Source: Thiohalobacter sp. (GTDB taxonomy: Bacteria > Pseudomonadota > Gammaproteobacteria > DSM-19610). From it: a stretch of DNA of 33,865 bases. Positions within the stretch are counted from its first letter, which is position 1. Each line of letters starts with the position of its first letter. The position numbers and the translations under genes are program-made. The notes under the pieces were generated by a model. It saw nothing but the letters and a program-made list of their open reading frames with translations, did not search any database and had not been told where the DNA came from. Of the stretch, positions 26,861-33,865 are shown in pieces. The stretch is from assembly GCA_027080445.1 (NCBI GenBank), contig JALWRY010000496.1, forward strand, positions 1 through 33,865, in the 5' to 3' direction.

Positions 26861-27066
26861 AAATCCCCCCGAATTGCTCGTATCGCCCGCATGGCCTGTT
26901 GCACTGCATTAAAGTGAATACGCCAGCGGTAGCAGGCAGGGCACAACGGGTAACAAGTATGAGTACCGCAGTTTTTACAGTTGTTGCGTGAGGGCGTAGA
27001 ATTCAGCTTGTTGAGAGCGTTTTGAAATTCTTTGCCAGCCCCGTCTTCGTGCGGGGCTTTTCTCAC
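26857..27066 (-). CDS. Small Zn-finger-like protein coupled to the primase gene
   Basis: CKNC..C...CPAC motif. GTGA overlap with the upstream gene and ATGA overlap with the primase gene. Confidence 0.6.
   Translation of the reverse strand: MRKAPHEDGAGKEFQNALNKLNSTPSRNNCKNCGTHTCYPLCPACYRWRIHFNAVQQAMRAIRAIRGDL
26974..27002 (+). promoter_or_regulatory. Sigma70 promoter antisense to the replication operon
   Basis: TTTACA-N17-TAGAAT; each hexamer is 5/6 to consensus. Confidence 0.65.
27009..27062 (+). ncRNA. Predicted ~55-nt counter-transcribed antisense RNA
   Basis: Follows the promoter above and ends in the hairpin AGCCCCG-N8-CGGGGCT plus TTTCT (27037-27063). Confidence 0.5.
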
Positions 27067-27260
27067 TTCGCACCCCCTGTCAGCCAGTCGAAGAAGCGTT
27101 CCTCATTGATTAATATCCGGCGTCCGTTTCTGACAATAACGCCACAGCTTTCCATGCCGTTTTGCTTGCCGTTAAAGATTCTGAAACGCAACCCGCCAAT
27201 GGGGAAAGCCGGGTGCTTTTGGGAAAATTGCTTAACGGTTAAAAATGTTGGTATAGCCAT
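27063..27260 (-). CDS. Excisionase/AlpA-like winged-HTH DNA-binding protein
   Basis: FLTVKQF...GGLRFRIF...VRNGRRILINEERFFDWL; GAGGG RBS; position between the int module and the primase gene. Confidence 0.75.
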   Translation of the reverse strand: MAIPTFLTVKQFSQKHPAFPIGGLRFRIFNGKQNGMESCGVIVRNGRRILINEERFFDWLTGGAK

Positions 27261-27370
27261 ATTTTGCCCTCGTTGACAATTCAACATGAACGCAAGCAGC
27301 GAATTGCTGTTTGCCGTCAGGGCTTAGTTTCGGGGATAGAACCCGTGTTGAGAAAGGGAGGAAACTTACG

Positions 27371-28072
27371 TTATTTCGTTGAAGTTTTAGGGATTCTCTT
27401 CAATGATTGTTCAATTAATTTTCCAAGCTGTGCATTCTGTCTTGGGCAATCAATAGCTGTTAAAAAAGAGTCAACAAAACCAAAGAACTTACCTCCATAA
27501 CTCAGGTCAGGCGTATCGGAAATTTTTGTTAGACGATCATCTCGGCCAGTCCCATCTTTAAAAATCGCATGAAGGTCAAGAATTAGCTTCCTATCCAATA
27601 TGTTTAATGGCCTTCCCCCCTTCGCAGTTCTCCGCGTAAGTTCAGACAGTGCTTTTACACTCGCATTTCTCCAATTATTGACTTGATACTCTAGTTCAGG
27701 GCGGCTCAGTGGACGTTCACCGCCTCGAATAGACGGGTCGTTTTGAGCAAGCAAGTGAATATCAATGTCACATTCTTCCTGCAAGCCAAGCTTCCCCAAG
27801 ACATCAAGAAGCGCATTAGCATGTTTCTCCAACGCTTTAAGCAAACTCTTTTGCTCACCAACCGCAGCTTCGGGCATATTCCGATACGCTAGATAATCAC
27901 ATGCACATTGATCTAACCTTTTACGTAAAGGAAAAGACGCTTTAAATCCAAACTTGGTTTTAAGTTCCTTAGTTTGTTTATATTTGAATGACAGGACAAC
28001 GCCCGTGCCGCAAATATCCGAATGATCGGGAAGCGGCTTCTTTTCCCTATTTTTCCTTTTCGCTTCCTTCAT
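27371..28072 (-). CDS. Hypothetical protein translationally coupled to the integrase
   Basis: 233 aa basic AT-rich ORF whose ATG overlaps the int TGA. KGGRP motif followed by a helical C-terminus. Confidence 0.7.
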   Translation of the reverse strand: MKEAKRKNREKKPLPDHSDICGTGVVLSFKYKQTKELKTKFGFKASFPLRKRLDQCACDYLAYRNMPEAAVGEQKSLLKALEKHANALLDVLGKLGLQEECDIDIHLLAQNDPSIRGGERPLSRPELEYQVNNWRNASVKALSELTRRTAKGGRPLNILDRKLILDLHAIFKDGTGRDDRLTKISDTPDLSYGGKFFGFVDSFLTAIDCPRQNAQLGKLIEQSLKRIPKTSTK

Positions 28073-29187
28073 CAGCCGAATATCCGCGCATTCATACGCG
28101 CCACCACGCCCGCTGTATGGACTTCACTCAGGTGGCTGTACCGTTTCACCATCTGCAAGGTTTTATGTCCCAGCACTTCGGCTATTTCGGCTATGCTTGC
28201 GCCGTTCATGGCAAGGTAGGAAGCCGCACTGTGCCGAAGATCATGAAACCGGAAGTCTTCAATGCCTGCCGCCTTCAATGCCACTTCCCAAGGGGCGCGA
28301 AGATCCACAGGCTTGTACTGGTTCTTGCCGTTCTTGTCTTTGCTTGGCTTACCGGGGAAAAGCAGGGGGGTATCCAGTCGCCTTACCTTGGCGTGTTCTT
28401 TCAGCAGTTCCAGTGCCTTCCCGGCTACCGGAACCACCCGCAGTTCGCCATTCTTTGTTTCGTGCAACGTGATACGGCACTGATTCAGGTCTACGTTATC
28501 CCAAGTCAGGCCCATGATTTCACCCTGCCGCATTCCGGTAGACAGGGCCAGCACCACCACAGGGTATAGGTAAGAGTTCTTGGAGGCTTCGCAGGCTTTT
28601 AGTAAGCGGGTACGCTCTCCTTCAATAACAGTGCCGTCCGGCGCTGTAGTGTCGTCTGACAGGAAACGTACACGGCCCCGTGGTTCCTTGGGCTTCTTCA
28701 CCTTGCGCATGGGAGAATCGTCCAGCCAGCCCCATTCATTGACGGCTGTAGTAAACGCGTGAGACAGGGCGGCAAGGTAACGGTTTACCGTCGCAGGACT
28801 GCGCAGCTTTTTCGTTTTGGTGGACGTCTGCGTTAGCAGCTTGTCCCGACATTCAACAATCTTCGCCGGGGTTATATCCGCCAGGGTGTAGTCACCGATT
28901 TCATCCTTGAACCATTCAAGCTGCTGTTTCTGGCTCACTGCCTTGGGCTTTGTCGGCAATACGTCCCTGATATAGCGGTCTATCAGTTCACCGAAGGTGT
29001 GTTTGTTGGCTTCCGCTGTCTTGAAATAGCGGTTTTCCTTAATGGCCGCTTCGGTGTTCTTCCCCCACTGCCGCGCATCTGTCAGCCGGGAGAATGTCGC
29101 ACGTTGTGGCGGGAAGCCCTTTAACCGCACATCCACGCGGTAGGATAGCGAACCGTCCTTATTGGTTCGCTTGCGTATGGAAGCCAT
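28072..29187 (-). CDS. int: Tyrosine recombinase/integrase
   Basis: N-terminal arm-binding-like MASIRKR...YRVDVR, SPATVNRYL, and catalytic TGMRQGE, TKNG, HDLRH, LGH, RY. Confidence 0.95.
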   Translation of the reverse strand: MASIRKRTNKDGSLSYRVDVRLKGFPPQRATFSRLTDARQWGKNTEAAIKENRYFKTAEANKHTFGELIDRYIRDVLPTKPKAVSQKQQLEWFKDEIGDYTLADITPAKIVECRDKLLTQTSTKTKKLRSPATVNRYLAALSHAFTTAVNEWGWLDDSPMRKVKKPKEPRGRVRFLSDDTTAPDGTVIEGERTRLLKACEASKNSYLYPVVVLALSTGMRQGEIMGLTWDNVDLNQCRITLHETKNGELRVVPVAGKALELLKEHAKVRRLDTPLLFPGKPSKDKNGKNQYKPVDLRAPWEVALKAAGIEDFRFHDLRHSAASYLAMNGASIAEIAEVLGHKTLQMVKRYSHLSEVHTAGVVARMNARIFG

Positions 29188-29219
29188 TACACGGCCCCCG
29201 TAGAATCACTGTTAGCCAT
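29187..29219 (-). CDS. Putative 10-aa leader peptide (MANSDSTGAV) coupled to int
   Basis: AGGAGG SD at 29232-29227, ATG at 29219, and TAA overlapping the int ATG (TAATG). Confidence 0.45.
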   Translation of the reverse strand: MANSDSTGAV

Positions 29220-29294
29220 TGCCGAACCTCCTGAACAGGTTGGTGGTGGTCAGGGCCGCAAGGGTGTTAGCGCACCCTGCTGGCCTGTCTTTTT
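29213..29294 (+). ncRNA. Predicted SymR-like cis-antisense RNA over the int leader
   Basis: TAGAAT -10 at 29201-29206 (weak -35); hairpin AGGGTG-TTAGCG-CACCCT with an extended stem, then TCTTTTT. Confidence 0.45.
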
Positions 29295-29307
29295 CACTCA
29301 GGAAAAA

Positions 29308-29336
29308 ACACTACAACAATCCACGGAAATAAGCAA
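29308..29336 (-). promoter_or_regulatory. Putative sigma70 promoter of int
   Basis: TTGCTT-N17-TAGTGT on the minus strand. Confidence 0.5.
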
Positions 29337-29394
29337 CTGTAGATATACAGTCAGATGTTGATTAACCTCAACACATTGTTATTAATATGATTAA

Positions 29395-29609
29395 CCAGTG
29401 CGCCTCGATGCTATGGCGCACTTATGGCGCAACTAACGCATAAAATCGCACCTGCGGGATATTGCCAGGCTTGGGGTTTTGGCTGATTTAGCGTGATTTT
29501 ATTCAGCCGAAAGGCCGGGGAAGTAGAATAGAGCTAGACGAATTCAGGCGTTGAAAATGTGCGCCTTTATGGTGGTTTGTTGCTATGAAGTGCGCCGCCA
29601 GTGCGCCAT
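29395..29609. repeat. Integrase arm-type sites (proximal arm)
   Basis: CCAGTGCGCC at 29395; inverted pair ATGGCGCACT 29413 / ATGGCGCAAC 29424; TGTGCGCC at 29558; tandem AGTGCGCCGCCAGTGCGCCAT at 29589-29609. Confidence 0.7.
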
Positions 29610-29638
29610 TTCAGGCCGTCTAGCGGGTAGAGTCTTCG

Positions 29639-29647
29639 TAAGTCATT

Positions 29648-29651
<4 letters not shown>
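29639..29651 (-). promoter_or_regulatory. IHF binding site adjacent to the att core
   Basis: TATCAATGACTTA, an exact match to WATCAANNNNTTR. Confidence 0.65.
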
Positions 29652-29732
<81 letters not shown>

Positions 29733-29758
29733 ATAGAACAGCCCCAAACGGGACGGGT

Positions 29759-29787
29759 ATTGTATTCGAGCGGCCGAAACGGCGCAA
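29759..29787 (-). promoter_or_regulatory. tRNA promoter
   Basis: TTGCGC-N17-TACAAT followed by a GC-rich discriminator. Confidence 0.65.
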
Positions 29788-29788
29788 A

Positions 29789-30526
29789 CTATTCACAACT
29801 GACCTGCTGAACCTGGATGTCCTGATCATCCGCCATCACCTGTTGCCAGTCTTCAGCACCCATCGGGGTATGCTTATCGCCCTCGATATCGATCCAGTAC
29901 ACCTTGCGTGTTCTGTAACGCGCCTGGATGAGCGCGTCATAGTCCAGGCGGCGAACCTTGTTCTGGCGAATACGCGCCTTGCCCTTGCTGGAAAAAATGC
30001 CGAGCGATATACGGTTACGCTTGCCGACATAATAATCGTTCATACCGGCTGATTTGAGCGTACTGACGACCTCGGCCGCCTTCTCTGCAGACATCGCGGG
30101 CAGGTAGACCTGGTAACCGGACGGCAGCTGGATTTTACCCTCTCTCAAGGTAGCCACATGCCCCTGCCGCGACAGCCGGGCGAGCAAATCGGAAGGTTCT
30201 TTGCGCGCATCGATTGGTCCGATCGTCCAGCAAGCAGGTGGAGCTTCAACGTCAGCAGGCTGTGTAACGCTGTCAGCTGTCGGTGAGATCGTTTCCGCTT
30301 GCGGGGCGGGTTCCGGCTTAACAGGCGAGGCAGATTCTGCCGCCTGTCTGGCCGCTTCACTGGCTGTTGAAATTCCCCGGTTACGCTCCGACAACAGCAC
30401 GAGGGGTTTGACCCCGGACGGCAAGGGCGCCAATTGCCGGGGCGGGGGTGTGTCGGCAGGTTGTACCTGGTTCCAGGCGAAGTATGCCAGGTTCAGGCCA
30501 AGCAGAAGATAAACCAGGTATTTCAT
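29789..30526 (-). CDS. SPOR-domain protein
   Basis: N-terminal TM (LLLGLNLAYFAW), LVLLSE, CWTIGP, YQVYLP and ISLGIFS. Usual position after birA-coaX. Confidence 0.8.
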   Translation of the reverse strand: MKYLVYLLLGLNLAYFAWNQVQPADTPPPRQLAPLPSGVKPLVLLSERNRGISTASEAARQAAESASPVKPEPAPQAETISPTADSVTQPADVEAPPACWTIGPIDARKEPSDLLARLSRQGHVATLREGKIQLPSGYQVYLPAMSAEKAAEVVSTLKSAGMNDYYVGKRNRISLGIFSSKGKARIRQNKVRRLDYDALIQARYRTRKVYWIDIEGDKHTPMGAEDWQQVMADDQDIQVQQVSCE

Positions 30527-31275
30527 GCCCTTGCCTCCTCTGCAAACACCGCGAGCCCCTTGAGAACAAGTTCCGGGTCGTATGTCGGTTGGCTCTGAAG
30601 CAATGGCATCAGGCGTTCCGCATCCCCGCCCGTGAGCAAAACCGGGGTTCCGGCGCCCAGTTCGCCACGCAGATCTTCGCTGACCCGGTCAAGCAGGGAT
30701 ACCGCCGCATACACGCTGCCGCCAAGTACAGCTGACTCGGTACTGCTGGCCAGCAGTGCAATCTCTCCCGAATCACCCGCCTGCAGACTGACATCTGCGG
30801 CGCCTTCCGTTAGCGAGGAAATCATAAGATCCACGCCGGGCGTGATCAGACCACCCAGGTGGCGACCGTCGGCAGACAAGGCATCGATGGTAATGGCTGT
30901 GCCACAACTGAGGATAATCGCGGCGCCCCGACAACGCGCGCGGGCCGCGATCAATGCTGCCCAGCGGTCATTCCCCAGCCGCTCCGGCTTCGCGTAGGCA
31001 TTGCTCACCCCGCACTGTTCAGCCTGGCTATGCAGGAATTCCGGCAGGATCTTCCAGCGTCGCTTTACCCAGGTTCGTACAGATTTTTCGAACTCGGCGC
31101 CCGCAACGTTGGACACAATGACCCGCTCCGGTGCCTCGAGCTCTTTCCACGCCGGCCGGGCAATATCCTTGAAGGCCTTGTTACCGCGTAGCAAGGGTGT
31201 CCCGCTGTTCCAGTCCTCACCGTTTTGCAACGCCCACTTGATACGGGTATTGCCGATATCAATCAGTAAGTTCAT
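30523..31275 (-). CDS. coaX: Type III pantothenate kinase
   Basis: LIDIGNTRIKW, LGNDRW, GTAITID, GGLITPG, TGGDA and LVLKGL. Confidence 0.95.
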   Translation of the reverse strand: MNLLIDIGNTRIKWALQNGEDWNSGTPLLRGNKAFKDIARPAWKELEAPERVIVSNVAGAEFEKSVRTWVKRRWKILPEFLHSQAEQCGVSNAYAKPERLGNDRWAALIAARARCRGAAIILSCGTAITIDALSADGRHLGGLITPGVDLMISSLTEGAADVSLQAGDSGEIALLASSTESAVLGGSVYAAVSLLDRVSEDLRGELGAGTPVLLTGGDAERLMPLLQSQPTYDPELVLKGLAVFAEEARA

Positions 31276-32252
31276 CCCGCCAGCCGCACACTGACTTCGC
31301 CGGCATGGAAAGCGCGCAGCTCACCCGCCTGTTCGATGAGCAGGGCGCCACGGGCATCGATGCCCCTTGCCACACCACTCACGTCCGCCTGCTGACCGGT
31401 GTGCAGCTCGACGGGCAGACCCGCCGTGATATCGTGGCGCCGCCACTCTTCAGCAAAGGCCGGGAGTCCCTGTCGGGAAAAGGTATCCATCACTATCACC
31501 AGATTTTCCAAAAGCTTACCTGCCAGTTTGTTCCGTTGTTGTTCAAGGCCACTGGCCCTGAGATCCGCCCAGGGCTGGTCGATTTTTCCGCCGGCGTTGT
31601 CCGGCATATGCAAATTGATGCCGACACCGATAATGACCTGGTAGTTGCCACTGCCCTCACCGGAAAGATCCAGCAGGATACCCGCCAATTTGCGCTGGTG
31701 AAAGAAAATATCGTTCGGCCATTTCAGACCAAGGCCGTTTATACCCAGCCCGGTTAATGTCCGGTGGACTGAGATCGCCACGGCAAGGCTCAGCCCGCCC
31801 GACTGGAGCACACCTTCATCGAGTATGAACGCCAGCGACAGGTACAGGTTTGCGCCATAGGGTGACACCCAGTGACGTCCACGGCGCCCCCGCCCGGCGC
31901 GTTGCCACTCTGCGAGGCAGACATGGATACCCTGGCGGATCGTGGTCGTTTGCCGGCGTTTCAGAAATTCGCTGGTCGAATCCACTTCGCGCAGCACCTC
32001 GAGTGATTCAATTCGCGGCTTTATCGCCGCGTTGATATGCCGGTGAATCGCGTCTGCATCCAGCGGCTCAAACGGTGTCGTCAGGCGATAGCCACGACCA
32101 CGCACCGCATGGATATCCAGTCCGACCTCATCGAGCTTGCGCACCTGTTTCCACACCGCTGCCCGGCTGACGCCGAGTTGCTTCGCCAGGCCTTCACCGG
32201 AGTGGAAACGGCCATCGGCAAGCGTCTCGATCAATCGATAACATATTGACAT
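31272..32252 (-). CDS. birA: Bifunctional biotin-protein ligase / repressor BirA
   Basis: HTH (FHSGE..LGVSRAAVWK), GRGRRGRHW, KWPND, KLAGIL and GEVSVR. Confidence 0.96.
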   Translation of the reverse strand: MSICYRLIETLADGRFHSGEGLAKQLGVSRAAVWKQVRKLDEVGLDIHAVRGRGYRLTTPFEPLDADAIHRHINAAIKPRIESLEVLREVDSTSEFLKRRQTTTIRQGIHVCLAEWQRAGRGRRGRHWVSPYGANLYLSLAFILDEGVLQSGGLSLAVAISVHRTLTGLGINGLGLKWPNDIFFHQRKLAGILLDLSGEGSGNYQVIIGVGINLHMPDNAGGKIDQPWADLRASGLEQQRNKLAGKLLENLVIVMDTFSRQGLPAFAEEWRRHDITAGLPVELHTGQQADVSGVARGIDARGALLIEQAGELRAFHAGEVSVRLAG

Positions 32253-32403
32253 TACATAAGTTTAACACAGGACAGGGATGCCTCCACAAGAAACAGGGTG
32301 CAGGGAAAATGCACCGGAATTCAATGTTGGGATAGCTCCGCCGATAGCGGGAACAGGTTCAAGCCTGACAACGACAACCCAAGCCGAGAACACGGAAATA
32401 GCC

Positions 32404-32763
32404 ATGAATGCACGACAAAAGGCAGCTCAATCCAGCCTGATCAACTCGCCGGATTTCATCCCGGCGCTGCCATTGTACAAGCGCGCACCACGCGAGGACG
32501 AGGATGGACGTCCACTTTCGGACTTTATGATGATTATCCCCAAACTGCGTGAACGCCCTGATCACCTGGTCAGGGAAACAGTAACCCGGATCGAGCGTGT
32601 CCTGAACCGCTTTACGCACGCCGTGGTGTTTGCGGATCTTAACCTGAAGCTAAACGTCCTCTGGGTCATCGTGCGACCTGAAGCCAAGGTCTCCTGGCGA
32701 CTGCCGGCTGCCATCAATAACGCTGTGCCTGAAGCCTTGCTGGTCGCGCAACCTGCCTTCTGA
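32404..32763 (+). CDS. Conserved-looking hypothetical protein
   Basis: PLYKRAPREDEDGRPLSDFMMIIPKL...VVFADLNLKLNVLWV...VPEALLV. Plausible start at ATG 32404. Function not recognised. Confidence 0.65.
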   Translation: MNARQKAAQSSLINSPDFIPALPLYKRAPREDEDGRPLSDFMMIIPKLRERPDHLVRETVTRIERVLNRFTHAVVFADLNLKLNVLWVIVRPEAKVSWRLPAAINNAVPEALLVAQPAF

Positions 32764-32765
32764 GG

Positions 32766-33359
32766 CTAGCTGTTCAGCGCGGATTCCACTTCGGCAAACG
32801 TTCGCGCAATACCGATTGTCTCGATCACCCGATCAAGCTGCTTTTCAATCTGGCTGGCTGAAAAGATGCCGCGAATGGCCGGCTTGCCGGTATGCGGATC
32901 CTGGTCCACCACCAAAGCGTGCCGCCGCCCCACTTGCTCCAGCATCGATACGACATCCGCAACACTGGCCTGCATGACGTCCGACAGATCAGTTACTTCG
33001 AGTTCACTGTGCGGCGTCATGATATCGCGCACCATGATTTCTTCATGGCGCAAACTCAGCGCCTCACGAAACTTGATCGGTTTTTCACCCTGTATATCCA
33101 TTGAGGTAATCACCCCGAGCACACGCTTGTCGGAATTCACCACGAGCAGCAGGCGAACACCGGAAGATTTCATGCGCTGCAGGGCCCAGTCGATCGACAT
33201 ATTCGGCTCAATCGTGATCGCAATCTGCTGACGCAAATCCGTCATGACCAGGATCGCCGGTGAGTCCATGCCCACACGTGACGCAAGCTCCTGACTTGGC
33301 TCGAAATAGCCTATTGAAGAGGATACCGGGTGAAGCTTCAGTTCACTGGATTCCGCCAT
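32766..33359 (-). CDS. CBS-domain protein
   Basis: Two CBS-like repeats (VMTD...GVRLLLVV...GVITSMD; VRDIMTP...HALVVD...GIFSASQ). Confidence 0.85.
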   Translation of the reverse strand: MAESSELKLHPVSSSIGYFEPSQELASRVGMDSPAILVMTDLRQQIAITIEPNMSIDWALQRMKSSGVRLLLVVNSDKRVLGVITSMDIQGEKPIKFREALSLRHEEIMVRDIMTPHSELEVTDLSDVMQASVADVVSMLEQVGRRHALVVDQDPHTGKPAIRGIFSASQIEKQLDRVIETIGIARTFAEVESALNS

Positions 33360-33448
33360 TGTCCCAATCCCGTCCGACCGTTATAGATTAACGTATAGAC
33401 CAGCGGGGTCGATCCTTCAACATATCCACCCGGGAATAAATCCCGGAC

Positions 33449-33483
33449 AAAAAAATACCCGGCCACAAGTGACCGGGTATTTT
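33449..33483 (-). terminator. Rho-independent terminator of the rRNA operon
   Basis: AAAATACCCGG...CCGGGTATTTT stem with a T-run on the minus strand, directly after 5S. Confidence 0.85.
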
Positions 33484-33492
33484 GGTATTAAA

Positions 33493-33609
33493 GCCTGGCA
33501 GTGTCCTACTTTCACATGGGAACCCCCACACTATCATCGGCGCAGAGCGGTTTCACTTCCGAGTTCGGGATGGGATCGGGTGGTTCACACTCGCTATGGC
33601 CGCCAGGCA
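33493..33609 (-). rRNA. rrf: 5S rRNA
   Basis: TGCCTGGCGGCCATAGCGAG...CCCATCCCGAACTCGGAAGTGAAAC...AGTAGGACACTGCCAGGC. Confidence 0.98.
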
Positions 33610-33621
33610 AACTGGTTGCCA

Positions 33622-33693
33622 CAAAGGGGACAGATTTATTTCTCCTCTGTCTTCATCATACTGGACAGAAGAGAAATAAATCTGTCCCCTTTG
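33622..33693. repeat. Long inverted repeat (REP/MITE-like) in the 23S-5S spacer
   Basis: CAAAGGGGACAGATTTATTTCTC / GAGAAATAAATCTGTCCCCTTTG: perfect 23-bp arms, extending to 30 bp with one mismatch. Confidence 0.85.
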
Positions 33694-33766
33694 AGGCGAA
33701 TAAGGAAAGTTGTTAAGGATTGGTATGTTGCGCTTGAATCAACACCCAGATCGTTTGGGTGTTATA

Positions 33767-33865
33767 TGGTCAAGCCTCACGGGCAATTAGTACTGGTTAG
33801 CTTCATGCATTACTGCACTTCCACACCCAGCCTATCAACGTCGTAGTCTTCGACGACCCTTCAGG
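33767..33865 (-). rRNA. rrl: 23S rRNA 3' end (partial)
   Basis: CCTGAAGGGTCGTCGAAGACTACGACGTTGATAGGCTGGGTGTGGAAG...CTAACCAGTACTAATTGCCCGTGAGGCTTGACCA. Confidence 0.97.

Noticed and set aside
29337-29350. LexA (SOS) box upstream of int
   Set aside because: CTGT-N6-ACAG is 14 bp, whereas the gammaproteobacterial LexA box is CTGT-N8-ACAG. Kept only as an unassigned palindrome.
33469-33846. ORFs over the rRNA region
   Set aside because: They are antisense to 5S/23S rRNA and spurious.

Overview
GC-rich gammaproteobacterial chromosome segment with four blocks. (1) Anaerobiosis and housekeeping genes: a partial yhcC-like radical SAM gene, ubiU, ubiV, ubiT, ispG, and a HemN paralog that lacks the radical-SAM cysteine motif. 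FNR-like boxes precede ubiT and the HemN paralog. (2) A ~15.7 kb surface-glycan locus (2431-18142) lying between ubiUV and ubiT. It encodes an animal-NANS/Kdn-type NeuB synthase, a PtmA-like SDR, an aldehyde dehydrogenase, a NeuA-type cytidylyltransferase, a single-chain transketolase, two tandem paralogous 'surface carbohydrate' proteins, a sulfotransferase-like protein, a KdsC-type phosphatase, a GT-A-like protein, an O-antigen-ligase/ELM1 fusion, a BNR sialidase-like protein and an LpxL-type acyltransferase. No NeuC/Leg/Pse precursor genes are present, so this may be an undescribed ulosonic-acid pathway. (3) A ~7.9 kb minimalist integrative element (21787-29700) in tRNA-Thr(UGU), bounded by a 53-bp direct repeat. 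It carries a tyrosine integrase, an excisionase/AlpA-like gene, a Toprim-DUF927 primase-helicase, arm-type sites, an IHF site, two GTTAC/GTAAC iteron arrays, two predicted antisense RNAs, a triple-Cys4-repeat protein and three envelope cargo genes, but no capsid, terminase or conjugation genes. (4) SPOR-coaX-birA, a hypothetical gene, a CBS protein, and the 3' end of an rRNA operon with a long REP/MITE-like hairpin in the 23S-5S spacer. All calls come from motif reading and family recall; no searches were run.
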